53,664 nt of DNA from a virus (IMGVR_UViG_3300020043_005951:1-53664), one strand, 5' to 3'; positions 19,296-29,850 are shown, numbered from the stretch's first letter. Numbers and translations are program-made. The notes: a model not told the origin generated them from the sequence alone.

Positions 19296-19774
19296 CGGTA
19301 GCCTGCTGTGATAGGAACCATGTACAATCTATTATCAAGAGCCAATTCATCCGGGACTTGACTCTCAATAGATACCAGTTTCACACTACCAATCGGTGTT
19401 CGTATCAAGAAAAGTTCAAGATCTTCTCGAAGATTACTTAATAAAGACCACTCGGCTTTGGGAGTGACACTATGGACTGACGTTGTATCAAATCTATAGC
19501 TGAAAGGAACGCAGATAGCTACTGTGACATACTTAATTACAGACACTTGAACTGTTTCGTTTCGTCCAGCAGTCCGTAATCTAGTTAAGTCGAACTCATT
19601 AAAGCCGGGAATCACATAGACTCCGGCATCCGTGTTATCAGTATTACTCAAAGGATCAAGTTCATCGACCAATATAGGAAGGTCGTCGGGGAGAACCAAC
19701 CCCCCGCCCCAATTTTCTGGGAGGGAGGTAGTGATGGCTTCGACTATGCTAGCTGCGATCTCGGCTAAGTACAT
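19286..19774 (-). CDS. putative tail terminator
   Basis: Size and position in the head-tail joining block. Confidence 0.5.
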   Translation of the reverse strand: MYLAEIAASIVEAITTSLPENWGGGLVLPDDLPILVDELDPLSNTDNTDAGVYVIPGFNEFDLTRLRTAGRNETVQVSVIKYVTVAICVPFSYRFDTTSVHSVTPKAEWSLLSNLREDLELFLIRTPIGSVKLVSIESQVPDELALDNRLYMVPITAGYRCK

Positions 19775-20123
19775 GTTTGGCTGCTATTACAGTAGTGTAT
19801 TGATGAGTGTCATTGGCAGTTGCCATTCGGTTTCTGCCTATGACAATATCATACTCGTTTGCATTCCAGAGGATTTGAACACCCCGTTCCAGTGGAATCT
19901 GCTCTGCTTCGAGGTCAGCTGTTGTAAACATGAAGTACGTATTTTCAGTGACCGCTTTTACCGGTCCTCTGATTATACGTCCTTCTTCGTCTACTAAACT
20001 TGCTTGAAGGGTTGCAGTAGTAACTACTCCGTTGACAGTCCATTTTAAAACTACTTCTTGCGAAGCATGTTCTTTGGCCTGTTCGGATAACCAACTGGCT
20101 CCCCAGTCTAGATAATCTGTCAT
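19749..20123 (-). CDS. head-tail joining/closure protein
   Basis: Position after capsid decoration gene. Start taken at MTDYLDWG. Confidence 0.55.
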   Translation of the reverse strand: MTDYLDWGASWLSEQAKEHASQEVVLKWTVNGVVTTATLQASLVDEEGRIIRGPVKAVTENTYFMFTTADLEAEQIPLERGVQILWNANEYDIVIGRNRMATANDTHQYTTVIAAKHVLSRDRS

Positions 20124-20274
20124 AATTAGTCGCTGACTGAGAGAGAAGGAAAAGAGCCGTGGGTGAGAGGGAGAGCCGGTTGCAATCCACCACACGGTTC
20201 TAGTTGAAAAAGAACCAGCTAAATAAAGCGTGGATATGAGGCCGATCCAACCCCACTTAGCTGGTCCTTGTTGG

Positions 20275-20829
20275 TTAGCTGCTGATTACAGTGTCACCGT
20301 TGATGTAGTCAGGAACTGATCCGAAGAAGTTGGTTCCCCAAACCATGAATTGATTGTGAGGAATGACGCGAACACGAGTCTGGGTTGTACCTTGCTTCCA
20401 ACAGATCGGTTTACCCGTTTGACTGTCCAACTGAATTTCGGTAGGAGAGTTGTGGGAACATACGGCATAACCGATGAAGAAGCCGCTTGCTGGTTGCGTC
20501 TTGGTGATGTAGCCAGGTGAAGCTGAATCCGCAAGAGTGATGCTGTAGTACAGCTTGTCACCAAACAGAATGTCCTGAACGTGGGCAGGATCAACAAGGA
20601 AATCAGCAACCCAGTTGAAATTAACCGTACCACATGTGGATGGTAGGACGACTACTTTGGTAATACCAATTCGATTGTAAACGATGATTGGTTCACCAAC
20701 TAGGATACTGACGTCATCAAACATGTTGAAGAAGTCAACCGCGTCATCGTTGTAGCGATAAACGCCAATCTTAGCAGGATTTTCGAGGACTACTGGATAG
20801 GCCTCGCGATTCGGGAGATTCAGTGTCAT
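20275..20829 (-). CDS. capsid decoration/cement protein (DUF2190-like)
   Basis: Directly after capsid gene. GD.LYY...IGYAV...VRV pattern. Confidence 0.55.
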   Translation of the reverse strand: MTLNLPNREAYPVVLENPAKIGVYRYNDDAVDFFNMFDDVSILVGEPIIVYNRIGITKVVVLPSTCGTVNFNWVADFLVDPAHVQDILFGDKLYYSITLADSASPGYITKTQPASGFFIGYAVCSHNSPTEIQLDSQTGKPICWKQGTTQTRVRVIPHNQFMVWGTNFFGSVPDYINGDTVISS

Positions 20830-20860
20830 TGAACTAAAACTTTCAGAAAGTGTTGTATGT

Positions 20861-20894
20861 GAAAGAAGCCGGGTAGGGAGAATGCTACCCGGCT
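20861..20894 (-). terminator. intrinsic terminator after major capsid gene
   Basis: AGCCGGGTAG/CTACCCGGCT 10-bp stem followed by TCTTTC on the minus strand. Confidence 0.65.
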
Positions 20895-20926
20895 AGACTC
20901 GACTAAGCGACCAGCTCGGTGGAGTC

Positions 20927-22972
20927 TTAGGTCGTTGGTCGTGCTCGTACAATTGTTTGTGGTTCACGGTCATTGATTTCAACGTCAATGTAACCGCGAA
21001 CACCGAAGCCAAGCATATCGACTGGAGCATCAATTGTTTCGATGGTTGGTTGTTCAACACCGTCTAACCAGTTGATTGCAAATGGAGCGTACTTCGGATC
21101 ACTTGGCCACAGGAACCATGCGTCTCGTTTTGCACCAGCAGCAATGGTCTTGTTTGCCAAGTTTGGATAACGCTTGACTGCAAACTTCTTGTACCAGTAG
21201 TTGTCACGTACTTGTTTGGTATCAGAAGCTGTGTTGGAGACGAATTCCTTCTGATTAACCAAATCCCAAGCAGTACGCTCAAGTGCTGCTGTTGCAACAA
21301 CAATCGTCCAGTTATCACCAATTTGGTCGATCCAGTTGATATCGCCCTTGGTGACGTTGCGTTCTGAAGCCAAGTCATAGGCCAAAGCTAAACTGGTTTC
21401 ATTCAATGATGCGGAACCACCGCTGATATCATTACCAGAACCGACCCCACCAGTAACTGTATCAGCAGCATAAGCGGAGAAGAATGCTCCGTTTGCTTGC
21501 CACATACGACGGACCAGCTTGATGTCAGGAACCATCTTGGAACCTTCAGCCATCAGCTTCAACAGTTCTTTGATCGCTCCGAAGTCATCGTTCTTGGCGA
21601 TGGTTCGGTTAATCATGAGCATTTGAGCTTTGGTGTCCAAGCTAGTTTCGTAGGACGTTTCATCTCCGAAGTGAGTATGCTTGATCTTGCCGTCTTGGTC
21701 AAGACCTTCCCATGCTTCACCACCACTTGGTCGGAATCGCAAAGTCTTCTTGAAGTCAGACTGGCTGGTCTTGTAGCACATTTCCTTGGCAAAGAATCCG
21801 CCGATCAACCACGCTTCGTCCATAGTGATCTTGGTGATTCGTGCAAACAGATTCGGCATGTCGAACGAACTAAAGCCGGTGCTGTTTTGCAGACGATCAA
21901 TACCAACATGAGCCTTATTGTATCGACCCAAGTAGTTCATCAACCGACCAATGTCGCTGTGTCCGGTGAAACTATTTTCACCAGTACGTCGTGCTGATTC
22001 AAGGAGGAATTCCTTTACACCGATGTTTGGTGTATTGCAGACACGATCACGAATCTCTTTCCCATAGACTCGTTCAAGCGTCTTTTGAGGATCTTGACAG
22101 CAAGCGTTAAGGATTCGTGCTTCAAACAGCAATGAATCCTTAGCTCCAGCCTTACCCAACTTGATCGGAGCAGGAAGTTGATTTTCCAGACGACGTAGTT
22201 TGACGGCATTGAGAATGCGTGCTTTTGACCAGTTCAGATCAAGACCTTTGGTAATGACTTCTTTATGGTCAGGAAACTTGTTGAGCAAGCGGAGTGCCGT
22301 CCCCAGTGTTACTTTCTGGGGGGTAGGGGAGAGCTTCTTCTTGGGCATGTTCTTGATTCTTTCTTCTGGATTCTCCAGGTCGAGTGGCTTCTTTGTCTTG
22401 ATACGCGTTGGACGCTCCAACGGTACTGGTTTGGAAGAGTTCTTGATTGTGAGAAGTTCTTTCTTATCCAGCTTGCTATTGAGCAGACGCATGGACGTGT
22501 TGCTGTCTCGACCTTCTTCAGTGATCGTTACTTCATCGACAAGCGTATTGCGGATGACGTAGGTAGGCTTCTTGAAGGTCTTTCCGTTTGCAATGGTTCC
22601 TTCCGGAAAGTAATCAATCTTGATCTTCCGTGCATCCATTCCCAGAGACATTTCGTAGGGGAATTGATTTTCAGCAGCGTTCTTGATCTTCTTGCTGATT
22701 CGATTCTCTACTGAAAGTGTACCAACACCAGAGACTTCCTTCCCGGAATTGTTAATCTCTGTAGTGTGGCCAATAGCTGTTCGATGATTGTACATCATCT
22801 TCAGCTTTTGGTTTTTGATCTTGAGCGTGTCAAGATCGTATACTGCTTGTTCATCGAACCCGTGATCACTAAGATCAACTGGCCCCCCGCTGTAGCCTAC
22901 GAACTCCAGTTTTGCTGGGTCTTTGCTGTTGCGGATCGTTTTGGTTTTCACCTGGAGTCTGGTTAGAGGCAC
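20927..22972 (-). CDS. prohead protease-scaffold-major capsid fusion (Mu gpT-like capsid)
   Basis: N-terminus has Y.GG, H....IGH, SLG and EV....G.D protease motifs, then a basic linker. C-terminus has DFK...R, INR..I.NDD.GA and WLDG...PTIE. Confidence 0.85.
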   Translation of the reverse strand: MPLTRLQVKTKTIRNSKDPAKLEFVGYSGGPVDLSDHGFDEQAVYDLDTLKIKNQKLKMMYNHRTAIGHTTEINNSGKEVSGVGTLSVENRISKKIKNAAENQFPYEMSLGMDARKIKIDYFPEGTIANGKTFKKPTYVIRNTLVDEVTITEEGRDSNTSMRLLNSKLDKKELLTIKNSSKPVPLERPTRIKTKKPLDLENPEERIKNMPKKKLSPTPQKVTLGTALRLLNKFPDHKEVITKGLDLNWSKARILNAVKLRRLENQLPAPIKLGKAGAKDSLLFEARILNACCQDPQKTLERVYGKEIRDRVCNTPNIGVKEFLLESARRTGENSFTGHSDIGRLMNYLGRYNKAHVGIDRLQNSTGFSSFDMPNLFARITKITMDEAWLIGGFFAKEMCYKTSQSDFKKTLRFRPSGGEAWEGLDQDGKIKHTHFGDETSYETSLDTKAQMLMINRTIAKNDDFGAIKELLKLMAEGSKMVPDIKLVRRMWQANGAFFSAYAADTVTGGVGSGNDISGGSASLNETSLALAYDLASERNVTKGDINWIDQIGDNWTIVVATAALERTAWDLVNQKEFVSNTASDTKQVRDNYWYKKFAVKRYPNLANKTIAAGAKRDAWFLWPSDPKYAPFAINWLDGVEQPTIETIDAPVDMLGFGVRGYIDVEINDREPQTIVRARPTT

Positions 22973-24311
22973 TGGTTTTGCTCCTAGAAGCTAAAAGAAG
23001 TTTGAAGTATTGTTCGGGTGTAATACCGAGAAGTTTGCATTCCTTCTTGATTTCTCGTCTTGCAGTCAGTCCATCTTGACTGTAAATACGAGTAAGAGTA
23101 GAAGCACCACTTAATAGATCGGCTTCCCTTGCATTGGCTCTTTTCACAGGATCGGGGTGTTCAAAGAGAACATTGTAATGAAATATGATAGGAGGTCTAG
23201 GATATTTCATTGCTGCTCTTGGAAGGTATCCAGGCCACATAGTAGCCATATTATACCACATCCAAAAGATTTTACGAATAGGTTTTTCGTAGTCAAATCT
23301 ATCAATCTTAACAGCATAAGCCCAGGGTTGTAAGTCGATATGGGCTGTTGCCATATTCGAATCGCTGCTGTCTGATAACGCCAAGATGGTTGGCATATCA
23401 ATACAACGGGCTGCTGTTCCTACCATCAAGTCAACAAACTTACTACGATCCTCTGCTACTTGAGCGAAGTTGAGGCCCGTCAACTTAGCTCCTGGGGGGA
23501 GGGTGGGGATGAATCCTGGTTCGTACTCAAATTTACCACGTAGATCGTTTGTGAACGGTGTGTAGTAAGCAGGATCGAGTTCAAGTGCCATTGGTATTGA
23601 CGTTTGATTCTCAGCAGATTTGAGAATGTTGGTCATATACCTACGAATACTTGGATAAGTGTTGAACGCACTTGCACATTCAGGCCAATGCTTGTGAACA
23701 CGTTTTCGAGTAAAAACAATAATGTCTTCTTCTTTGTAACGTGTTGGTTCTAACTTACCTTCTTCTTGAATCCAAACAGCCTTGATATCATTGTTGGGCC
23801 AGTATTCGATTCCTTCATACACATCAGGATTGTATCCAGGAGATTGAAAGTATTCCGCACCAATGACTTGAAACCCAAGTTTAATTGGATGATTGGTTTT
23901 CATCTTATACGGAATAGCTACTGCAATGCCTGAACGTGCTGCTGTACGACGTAGATCACGAATAGCCGATCCAACTTCGTTTTCAACACCCCATTCTTGA
24001 AAGCGATCCTCAACTGCATCACATATTGAATCTTCTTCCAGAAGAACAATTGGAATCGGAATCGATCCACAACAATGATTCGAGAGAGTGTTGAGCACAC
24101 CCGTGTAGTAAGGATTTTGTTCGTCTTCTTCCAAAGAACAATTGATTAGTGTTCTTCGGATTACTGGCATGTTCAATCGGTTGATGTTCCGATTGATTAC
24201 AAATGGGTCTGATCCAGCATTGTATCTTGAGTTTAAGATACGCTCACCAAAACGTCTCATATTTTCAATGATTTGTTTTGGATGCCATAGAGATAACTTA
24301 TCTTTGAACAC
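22875..24311 (-). CDS. portal protein (lambda family)
   Basis: 478 aa. N.YY.G, EGIE, L.PG, D.S..N...A and H.DP.K..NA..L motifs, upstream of protease/capsid. Confidence 0.85.
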   Translation of the reverse strand: MFKDKLSLWHPKQIIENMRRFGERILNSRYNAGSDPFVINRNINRLNMPVIRRTLINCSLEEDEQNPYYTGVLNTLSNHCCGSIPIPIVLLEEDSICDAVEDRFQEWGVENEVGSAIRDLRRTAARSGIAVAIPYKMKTNHPIKLGFQVIGAEYFQSPGYNPDVYEGIEYWPNNDIKAVWIQEEGKLEPTRYKEEDIIVFTRKRVHKHWPECASAFNTYPSIRRYMTNILKSAENQTSIPMALELDPAYYTPFTNDLRGKFEYEPGFIPTLPPGAKLTGLNFAQVAEDRSKFVDLMVGTAARCIDMPTILALSDSSDSNMATAHIDLQPWAYAVKIDRFDYEKPIRKIFWMWYNMATMWPGYLPRAAMKYPRPPIIFHYNVLFEHPDPVKRANAREADLLSGASTLTRIYSQDGLTARREIKKECKLLGITPEQYFKLLLASRSKTSASNQTPGENQNDPQQQRPSKTGVRRLQRGAS

Positions 24312-24341
24312 CGCCCACCGCGTCTTTCTGGGGAGGAAGGG

Positions 24342-24644
24342 CTAGACTGACTGAGCTTTGATTGTTCCGCCTGCTAGAGAGGCTACGATGAATCCTACTA
24401 AGCAGGGGCCAAATACTACGAATGATCCTGTTGCTGTGAGAATTAGTTCTTCCCCATCAACGGTTACAGCATTCATGGAGTCGGGATTTATTGGATCAAC
24501 GGTATGTTTTGGAGTAACGGTTCCTGTTACGTTCTCTCCGTAGATAACATCTACACGATGTTCTCCTGGTCCGATTGGAATGAAAAAGGAGGGTGCTGTT
24601 TCGTTAGCACCTAGTGTCATAAAAGGATGTTCATAGATAATCAA
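24342..24644 (-). CDS. hypothetical (possible structural) protein
   Basis: 100-aa beta-rich ORF. Confidence 0.5.
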   Translation of the reverse strand: MIIYEHPFMTLGANETAPSFFIPIGPGEHRVDVIYGENVTGTVTPKHTVDPINPDSMNAVTVDGEELILTATGSFVVFGPCLVGFIVASLAGGTIKAQSV

Positions 24645-24772
24645 GGTTCACCAAGGCCTTCTTGTTAATCGAGTTCCAATTGCGTATGTTATTGCTAGGA
24701 GTGCAATAGTAGGCCAGAATAGCATATTGAATGCATCAGCTGGCCCAAATATGTCACCATTAAGTATTCCCA

Positions 24773-24979
24773 TCATCCCGCCTGAATCGTGTAGCAGAGT
24801 GCATGCCTGTCGTAGTGAACTACAGATTCCCATTGCTTCATGGACAATTGCCCAGCCTCCCAAGCATCGAATAGTCCTTGAATATCGCCGGAATATTCAA
24901 GCTCCCAGTCAGGAATGTAAGACTCAAGCCATGCCATGAATTCTTGGCAATGAGTGAATTTAGGTGGAGTGTAGGTCAC
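24773..24979 (-). CDS. hypothetical protein
   Basis: 68-aa ORF, start overlapping upstream stop. Confidence 0.4.
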   Translation of the reverse strand: MTYTPPKFTHCQEFMAWLESYIPDWELEYSGDIQGLFDAWEAGQLSMKQWESVVHYDRHALCYTIQAG

Positions 24980-27591
24980 GGATCAAGCCTCGTTGAATGT
25001 GTGTCGTACCCCAGTGCTTGCCATTGAGCAAACGTATAATCCAGCGGCCCCCCGCCTAACCCCGCATCAAAATCTTGAGCAAAAATAGCTGCGGCAGGGA
25101 AGTAATAAGTGTTGTAGTCGCAAGCGATAACATTTGCCGCTGCCAAGTCGCGAATCATTGGTGCATCTGCTGTTCTGACGATGCAATTCGTCATAGTGAA
25201 ATCAGATTGAATCGACCAAGCGAATTCACTAGCTGTAAGCCAGAACTCTGAACCTGTTGCAGTAAATTTACGTTGTGTGATGACGACACCGCAAATTGAA
25301 TCGGTCAGCCTCAATTCCGTAGCAGCAACCTCAAACAGAACATCGCACAATCCAAAATCGCAATCGACGATAGCTACAAACGTGAATCGGTCATTACCTC
25401 CGCCGTGACTGTAAAACGCCCCAAATCCATAATCACCGGCTGGCATGTTTTCACGTAACCAATCCTTGGTGATCGTGATATTTCGCCATGTGTGCTCGTT
25501 GCCGCTGCCAGTGCTCATATAGCTAGTGAGCGGTTGCGATAATCCTTGCTCAACAGTTCCGTTCTCAAATGTCACCTTGCTATTGGTTGCATCAATAACA
25601 AACACTCCGGCGTGCTTGTCTGTGAATTGCAGGCTAACTTCATCTACTTGGATTTCTCCGCTAAATCCGCTTGTGTCGCCGATACAGTATGACCCGTTAT
25701 TATCGTAGGCTGTGTACCAAATGTGGCTGTTGCTGATTCGGGCTGCATAAGTGCCGACTGAGATTACTTGCCGACCAATGTCACTTGGACGATTACGCGT
25801 GTAAAGATACGTCTTACCATTGCTCGCCGGATTGGTCGAACTCTTGAGGTAAAGTACATCACTAATCCACGTGAACGCACCATCTGTTTCTGCGTCGAGT
25901 GCAGTTAGATCAGCAACGGATTTGTACAATTCTGGCGTTGTGCTCGTTTCAAATAGTCGTGAGTACGTGAAGCCGACGCATGGGATTTGATACGTGTTGG
26001 CGTGCCCACCAGTCGCCGACCAGTCGCCCGACTCAATATCGACGTAAGGGCGGTACGTGATCCATGTATTTCCTTCTTTTGCCTTGACCCACAATCCAGG
26101 AACGTACACCTGCAACCCTACCGTGCCAACGTCGAACTTCTCGACTGAAGTATCAATCTCAAGCCAAGCACCAGTGCCAGGGGTGCTACTAGCCGGAACG
26201 CTGACAATTGACTGCCACGGCAAACCAGCGTTTGCATTACCTGCCAACATCGCATTCACACGAGTAATCGTTTCCCAAGCTCCGGTCACACCATCGTTTG
26301 CATCGTCGCCACCAACTGGATCAACACGGTAAATGTAGTTTTCATATTGCGGCTGGATGATTTCACTCGGATATGCTGTCTGATTAATGTCAGTGAGCGT
26401 ATAACCGCTCATCATCGACAGCCGTGCTTGCGGAGAACTGTTTCCAGCTTGCGCCCACGTGCCTGCGATAAAGTAGGTAGTGCTACTTGGAACATTCGCA
26501 CTATCGGTACTGCTGGCAAGCGTTAAATCTGCGTCATCAGCAAATCGGTAATGACCTCGTGTTGGCAGTACACTACTAGCTTTTGCACCCCAAACAAATT
26601 GTAGAAATATCCACTGACGCAACGGCACAGCCATCACAGTTGCGCCGTTGTACGTTAAATTTCCACCTGCAATTCTCCACCCCGCCAAGAAGCCTACGAA
26701 CTCGGACAACACACCCATCAGTAACGCATCGCCGGAAGATCCTTCGAAGAAAAACCAGCCGCACATTTTACGGACTGCGGTATCGGAATCAGTTAGTACA
26801 GTGCCTTGAACAGTACAAGTGTTGAAGTTACTTGTTGTGCCATCTGTTCCAACCATGCCCGACCAGCCGATACCAGCAGTAGCGGCTAGCTTAGCTCCAC
26901 CAGGAACGCTGATTGCGTTTGTTACGTCAGCGGTGAAATTCTGCCGAGTGACCAGAGTATGATTCGCCGCATCGCTTGGTGCCGATACGGTGATTTCCTG
27001 AGTATCCGTGTAAGTGCTGGCATCATCCATTGTCACAACGCAAGTAACCGTATAGCTGCCCGTTGTCACCCAGTAGTGAGGGGGAGTTGCCCCAGTTTTC
27101 GGAATCGTACCATCGCCAAAATCCCATGAGTAAGATACTGGCGTACCAATGTCACCTGCGTTGGTTGACCACGTTACATCGACGCCTGCTACGGGTGTTT
27201 CGGTGGATGGAGTGATGACAAAGACGATATCGACTTCAACAGTCAGAGTTACAACTGAACTGGTGGCTGTACCCTCAGTATTAGTTGCAACATTACGATA
27301 TTGGTATCCGTCCATTGCAGCAGTAACAGCAGTCAATGTAAGATTACGACTTGTTGCTCCACCCAACGTATCCCAACCACCACCATCATTCACTTCCCAT
27401 TGATAAGTAGGTGAAGGATGACCAGAAGCTCGTGAAGTAAATGAGGCATTAGTGCCTTCATCCGCAGTTACGTTTGTAGGTTGAATCGTAAATACAGGTG
27501 CGGCTGGTTCAAATGGGCCGCCAGATACAGCGGAAGTTGTGCCTCTGGTAGTCGATCTGGTTACTGCTCTGGTTGTGGAACGAGTTGTCAT
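24976..27591 (-). CDS. Ig-like + PKD + LamG-like + beta-helix multidomain protein (putative adhesin/depolymerase)
   Basis: P.FT.QP...TYQW...DGYQYR.VATN (Ig I-set), YSWDFGDG...G.YTVT (PKD), VDPVGGDDANDG...W.TI (beta-helix cap), YTFAQWQALGYD.HS C-terminus. Confidence 0.75.
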   Translation of the reverse strand: MTTRSTTRAVTRSTTRGTTSAVSGGPFEPAAPVFTIQPTNVTADEGTNASFTSRASGHPSPTYQWEVNDGGGWDTLGGATSRNLTLTAVTAAMDGYQYRNVATNTEGTATSSVVTLTVEVDIVFVITPSTETPVAGVDVTWSTNAGDIGTPVSYSWDFGDGTIPKTGATPPHYWVTTGSYTVTCVVTMDDASTYTDTQEITVSAPSDAANHTLVTRQNFTADVTNAISVPGGAKLAATAGIGWSGMVGTDGTTSNFNTCTVQGTVLTDSDTAVRKMCGWFFFEGSSGDALLMGVLSEFVGFLAGWRIAGGNLTYNGATVMAVPLRQWIFLQFVWGAKASSVLPTRGHYRFADDADLTLASSTDSANVPSSTTYFIAGTWAQAGNSSPQARLSMMSGYTLTDINQTAYPSEIIQPQYENYIYRVDPVGGDDANDGVTGAWETITRVNAMLAGNANAGLPWQSIVSVPASSTPGTGAWLEIDTSVEKFDVGTVGLQVYVPGLWVKAKEGNTWITYRPYVDIESGDWSATGGHANTYQIPCVGFTYSRLFETSTTPELYKSVADLTALDAETDGAFTWISDVLYLKSSTNPASNGKTYLYTRNRPSDIGRQVISVGTYAARISNSHIWYTAYDNNGSYCIGDTSGFSGEIQVDEVSLQFTDKHAGVFVIDATNSKVTFENGTVEQGLSQPLTSYMSTGSGNEHTWRNITITKDWLRENMPAGDYGFGAFYSHGGGNDRFTFVAIVDCDFGLCDVLFEVAATELRLTDSICGVVITQRKFTATGSEFWLTASEFAWSIQSDFTMTNCIVRTADAPMIRDLAAANVIACDYNTYYFPAAAIFAQDFDAGLGGGPLDYTFAQWQALGYDTHSTRLDP

Positions 27592-27592
27592 G

Positions 27593-27832
27593 TTAGTCTA
27601 CCGAAGGATCATAGTCTGCTGCAAAACCACGATAAGCCGCTGCTTTTGGAACTCCAACACAACCACCAAGGCTGCACATTGTTGGGGCTGTTGATGCTCG
27701 TCTATCAAGTAATTGCTGAATCTGTTTTGGATCATGAGCAATTACTGTCATATTTGGTGTGCGAACCTCTTTAGGTCCAACACCCATTACTAAGGCTTTG
27801 ATTTCTGCTAACTGTTCCGCTTCCGTCGCCAT
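27593..27832 (-). CDS. putative head completion protein (gpW-like)
   Basis: 79 aa helix-hairpin-helix pattern upstream of a lambda-type portal. Confidence 0.4.
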   Translation of the reverse strand: MATEAEQLAEIKALVMGVGPKEVRTPNMTVIAHDPKQIQQLLDRRASTAPTMCSLGGCVGVPKAAAYRGFAADYDPSVD

Positions 27833-27859
27833 TTTCTGTTCTTTCTGGGGGGAGGGTAC

Positions 27860-28078
27860 CTAGGCTATTGGGCAGCCAGTTGAGTATACTTGTTGTAATG
27901 CTTCGATTGTGTCGAGTAAGGCGTTACATTCTTCAGTTGATAATGACTCGGGTGGAAGTTCTTCGTCACCTGCAAAAGCTACTGTTGGATCACATACGTC
28001 ACGTATAGTCTTGCAAGTTTCACGAAGTTTCTTCAGTCTTGTTTTGCTGAGTTTAGGACTTCCAGGGACTTCTGCCAC
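27860..28078 (-). CDS. hypothetical protein
   Basis: 72-aa ORF with AAGGA upstream. Confidence 0.45.
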   Translation of the reverse strand: MAEVPGSPKLSKTRLKKLRETCKTIRDVCDPTVAFAGDEELPPESLSTEECNALLDTIEALQQVYSTGCPIA

Positions 28079-28251
28079 GATTCGTGATCCTTTAGATGTG
28101 GTTTAATCAGTTTACCGATTCGTTCTTCGAGCAGCTTTTCAATGTTGTCTGAAGCTTTCTTAATCTCTGCTATTTTCCAGGCTGTGAATTGATATTGTAA
28201 GACCCAATTAGCCATGAATAGAAAAAACATGAAGTAGATCAGTCGAGTCAT
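28033..28251 (-). CDS. small membrane protein
   Basis: N-terminal hydrophobic helix followed by coiled coil. Confidence 0.5.
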   Translation of the reverse strand: MTRLIYFMFFLFMANWVLQYQFTAWKIAEIKKASDNIEKLLEERIGKLIKPHLKDHESWQKSLEVLNSAKQD

Positions 28252-28661
28252 TGCTTGGATGTATTCTTCTCTATTTCCTTCAGAGTATCCAAGGATTCTT
28301 TTTGGGAAGTTGTAAGCTCTGTTAGAATTAATTGGTGGACAGTTTGTGCAGCCTTAACAGATTGTACATCTGTTGCCATAGAACCTAGTCGATCTGTAAC
28401 AGAATCAAGTCTATCAACCATTTTTCCTTGAGTTTCTGTTACAGATTCAAGTATTTCCATTTGAGCATTAAATGTGGGTGTGATAAATGTAGTGAAGATG
28501 TTATATCCGCCCCACATCAAAGCACAGCACACGGCTATCGGAAACCCGACAGTCTTAATCATGTCTGACCACCAGACCTTAGTATCATCAGTCATTTGTG
28601 GGAACATCTTTCTAGTCCAGAGTTGTATGCTCTTGGTGTACCAGGAATGCTGATCCTCCAA
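28248..28661 (-). CDS. holin-like membrane protein
   Basis: VGFPIAVCCALMW transmembrane segment plus coiled coil. True start may be internal. Confidence 0.5.
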   Translation of the reverse strand: MEDQHSWYTKSIQLWTRKMFPQMTDDTKVWWSDMIKTVGFPIAVCCALMWGGYNIFTTFITPTFNAQMEILESVTETQGKMVDRLDSVTDRLGSMATDVQSVKAAQTVHQLILTELTTSQKESLDTLKEIEKNTSKQ

Positions 28662-28684
28662 GCGTTTGGTAGATGCGATTGCTG

Positions 28685-29536
28685 CTAGTAAACGATTTTC
28701 GTTGCGTAGTAACCGTCACGGCCTCTAGCAACTGCATAGTCTCCCGGTAAATTGTTGAAGCAAGTTGCAGGATTTGGATTGTGTGATGACCAACCTACAC
28801 CAACCCGTTTTCCTGCTTGACGTTCAATTGAAGACAGGTGTCCTTTGATTCCGCGCATTGCTCGTTCTGTTGCGGATCGAAGCGCAATTGCGTAATTAGA
28901 AGAAACAGAGCGGACAGGGGTAGCAAAGGAACGAGTAGGTGCTGGAACTGAGTAGGAGACTGATTGGGTAGATTGAGTCGGAACTGAGTAGGTGATCGGT
29001 GCGGCAGGCACGCAATTCAAACAAGGGGCAGCAGGTGCTGAGAACACGGCAGGAGCACAATTACAGTTCGCACAGGCACAGACAGGAGCACAAACACAAG
29101 CAGGAGTTGGAGCAGAAACAGTTGGAGTACCTGTTGAACCTAGTGAGTAAGTTGGAGCAGGAGTCGAATATGTTCCAACCGATCCAGGTGAGTAAGTAAC
29201 GGGTGGAGCAGCTTGTGGAGTACCCGTTGATCCAAGCGAATAAGTGGTAGGGGGAGCCGAGTAAGTCAGCGGCGTTCCTGTTGATCCGGCTGAGTAAGTA
29301 GCACTAACTGATGGGTAACGGGCAAAAGATGCTCGTCGTGCTGCTTGTCGTGATTGTTGTCGAATCGCCATGCCTTCAAGAATTGATGGACGCCGTTCCG
29401 CCACCGTGATTTCCTGGAGGGGAAGGACTTGGGTGGCGACGGCTTGCTGTGGTGCTAGTGTTGGTACTTTGCAATTAACACATTGAGCCGAAACGTTTGA
29501 TGTGAGAGCAAGTACGACGAGTAGAGCGTATTTCAT
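28685..29536 (-). CDS. exported Cys/Pro/Ser/Thr-rich protein
   Basis: Signal peptide MKYALLVVLALTSNVSA-Q, TYS.GSTGTP repeats, CVCAPVCACANCNC cluster. Confidence 0.7.
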   Translation of the reverse strand: MKYALLVVLALTSNVSAQCVNCKVPTLAPQQAVATQVLPLQEITVAERRPSILEGMAIRQQSRQAARRASFARYPSVSATYSAGSTGTPLTYSAPPTTYSLGSTGTPQAAPPVTYSPGSVGTYSTPAPTYSLGSTGTPTVSAPTPACVCAPVCACANCNCAPAVFSAPAAPCLNCVPAAPITYSVPTQSTQSVSYSVPAPTRSFATPVRSVSSNYAIALRSATERAMRGIKGHLSSIERQAGKRVGVGWSSHNPNPATCFNNLPGDYAVARGRDGYYATKIVY

Positions 29537-29568
29537 AGTTTGATCCTGAGAGTGAGTGAGGGAATGGG

Positions 29569-29823
29569 TTATCGGTTGAAGAAGTATTTGAGGATGATTG
29601 GAAGCAATTCCATTAGAAGTGCTAACCAGTCAATTGTTGGTGCTCCGGGTGCTTCGAGGGCGGCTACGTCAGCTACTCCTGCTTTCTCAGCAGCAGCAGA
29701 ATTGAGTAACGATTCAACTTCATCCCAACGGAAGATTGCTGCAAATCGTAGTGTTGCTCTTTCTTGCCAGGTTAGGTCGGGTGCAAGTCGGACAAATTCA
29801 CGGAAGGCTTGTCGCTTGTTCAT
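29569..29823 (-). CDS. hypothetical protein with C-terminal amphipathic helix
   Basis: 84 aa ending IDWLALLMELLPIILKYF. Confidence 0.6.
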   Translation of the reverse strand: MNKRQAFREFVRLAPDLTWQERATLRFAAIFRWDEVESLLNSAAAEKAGVADVAALEAPGAPTIDWLALLMELLPIILKYFFNR

Positions 29824-29850
29824 TGGATTCTTCTTTCAAGGAGGTTTTGT

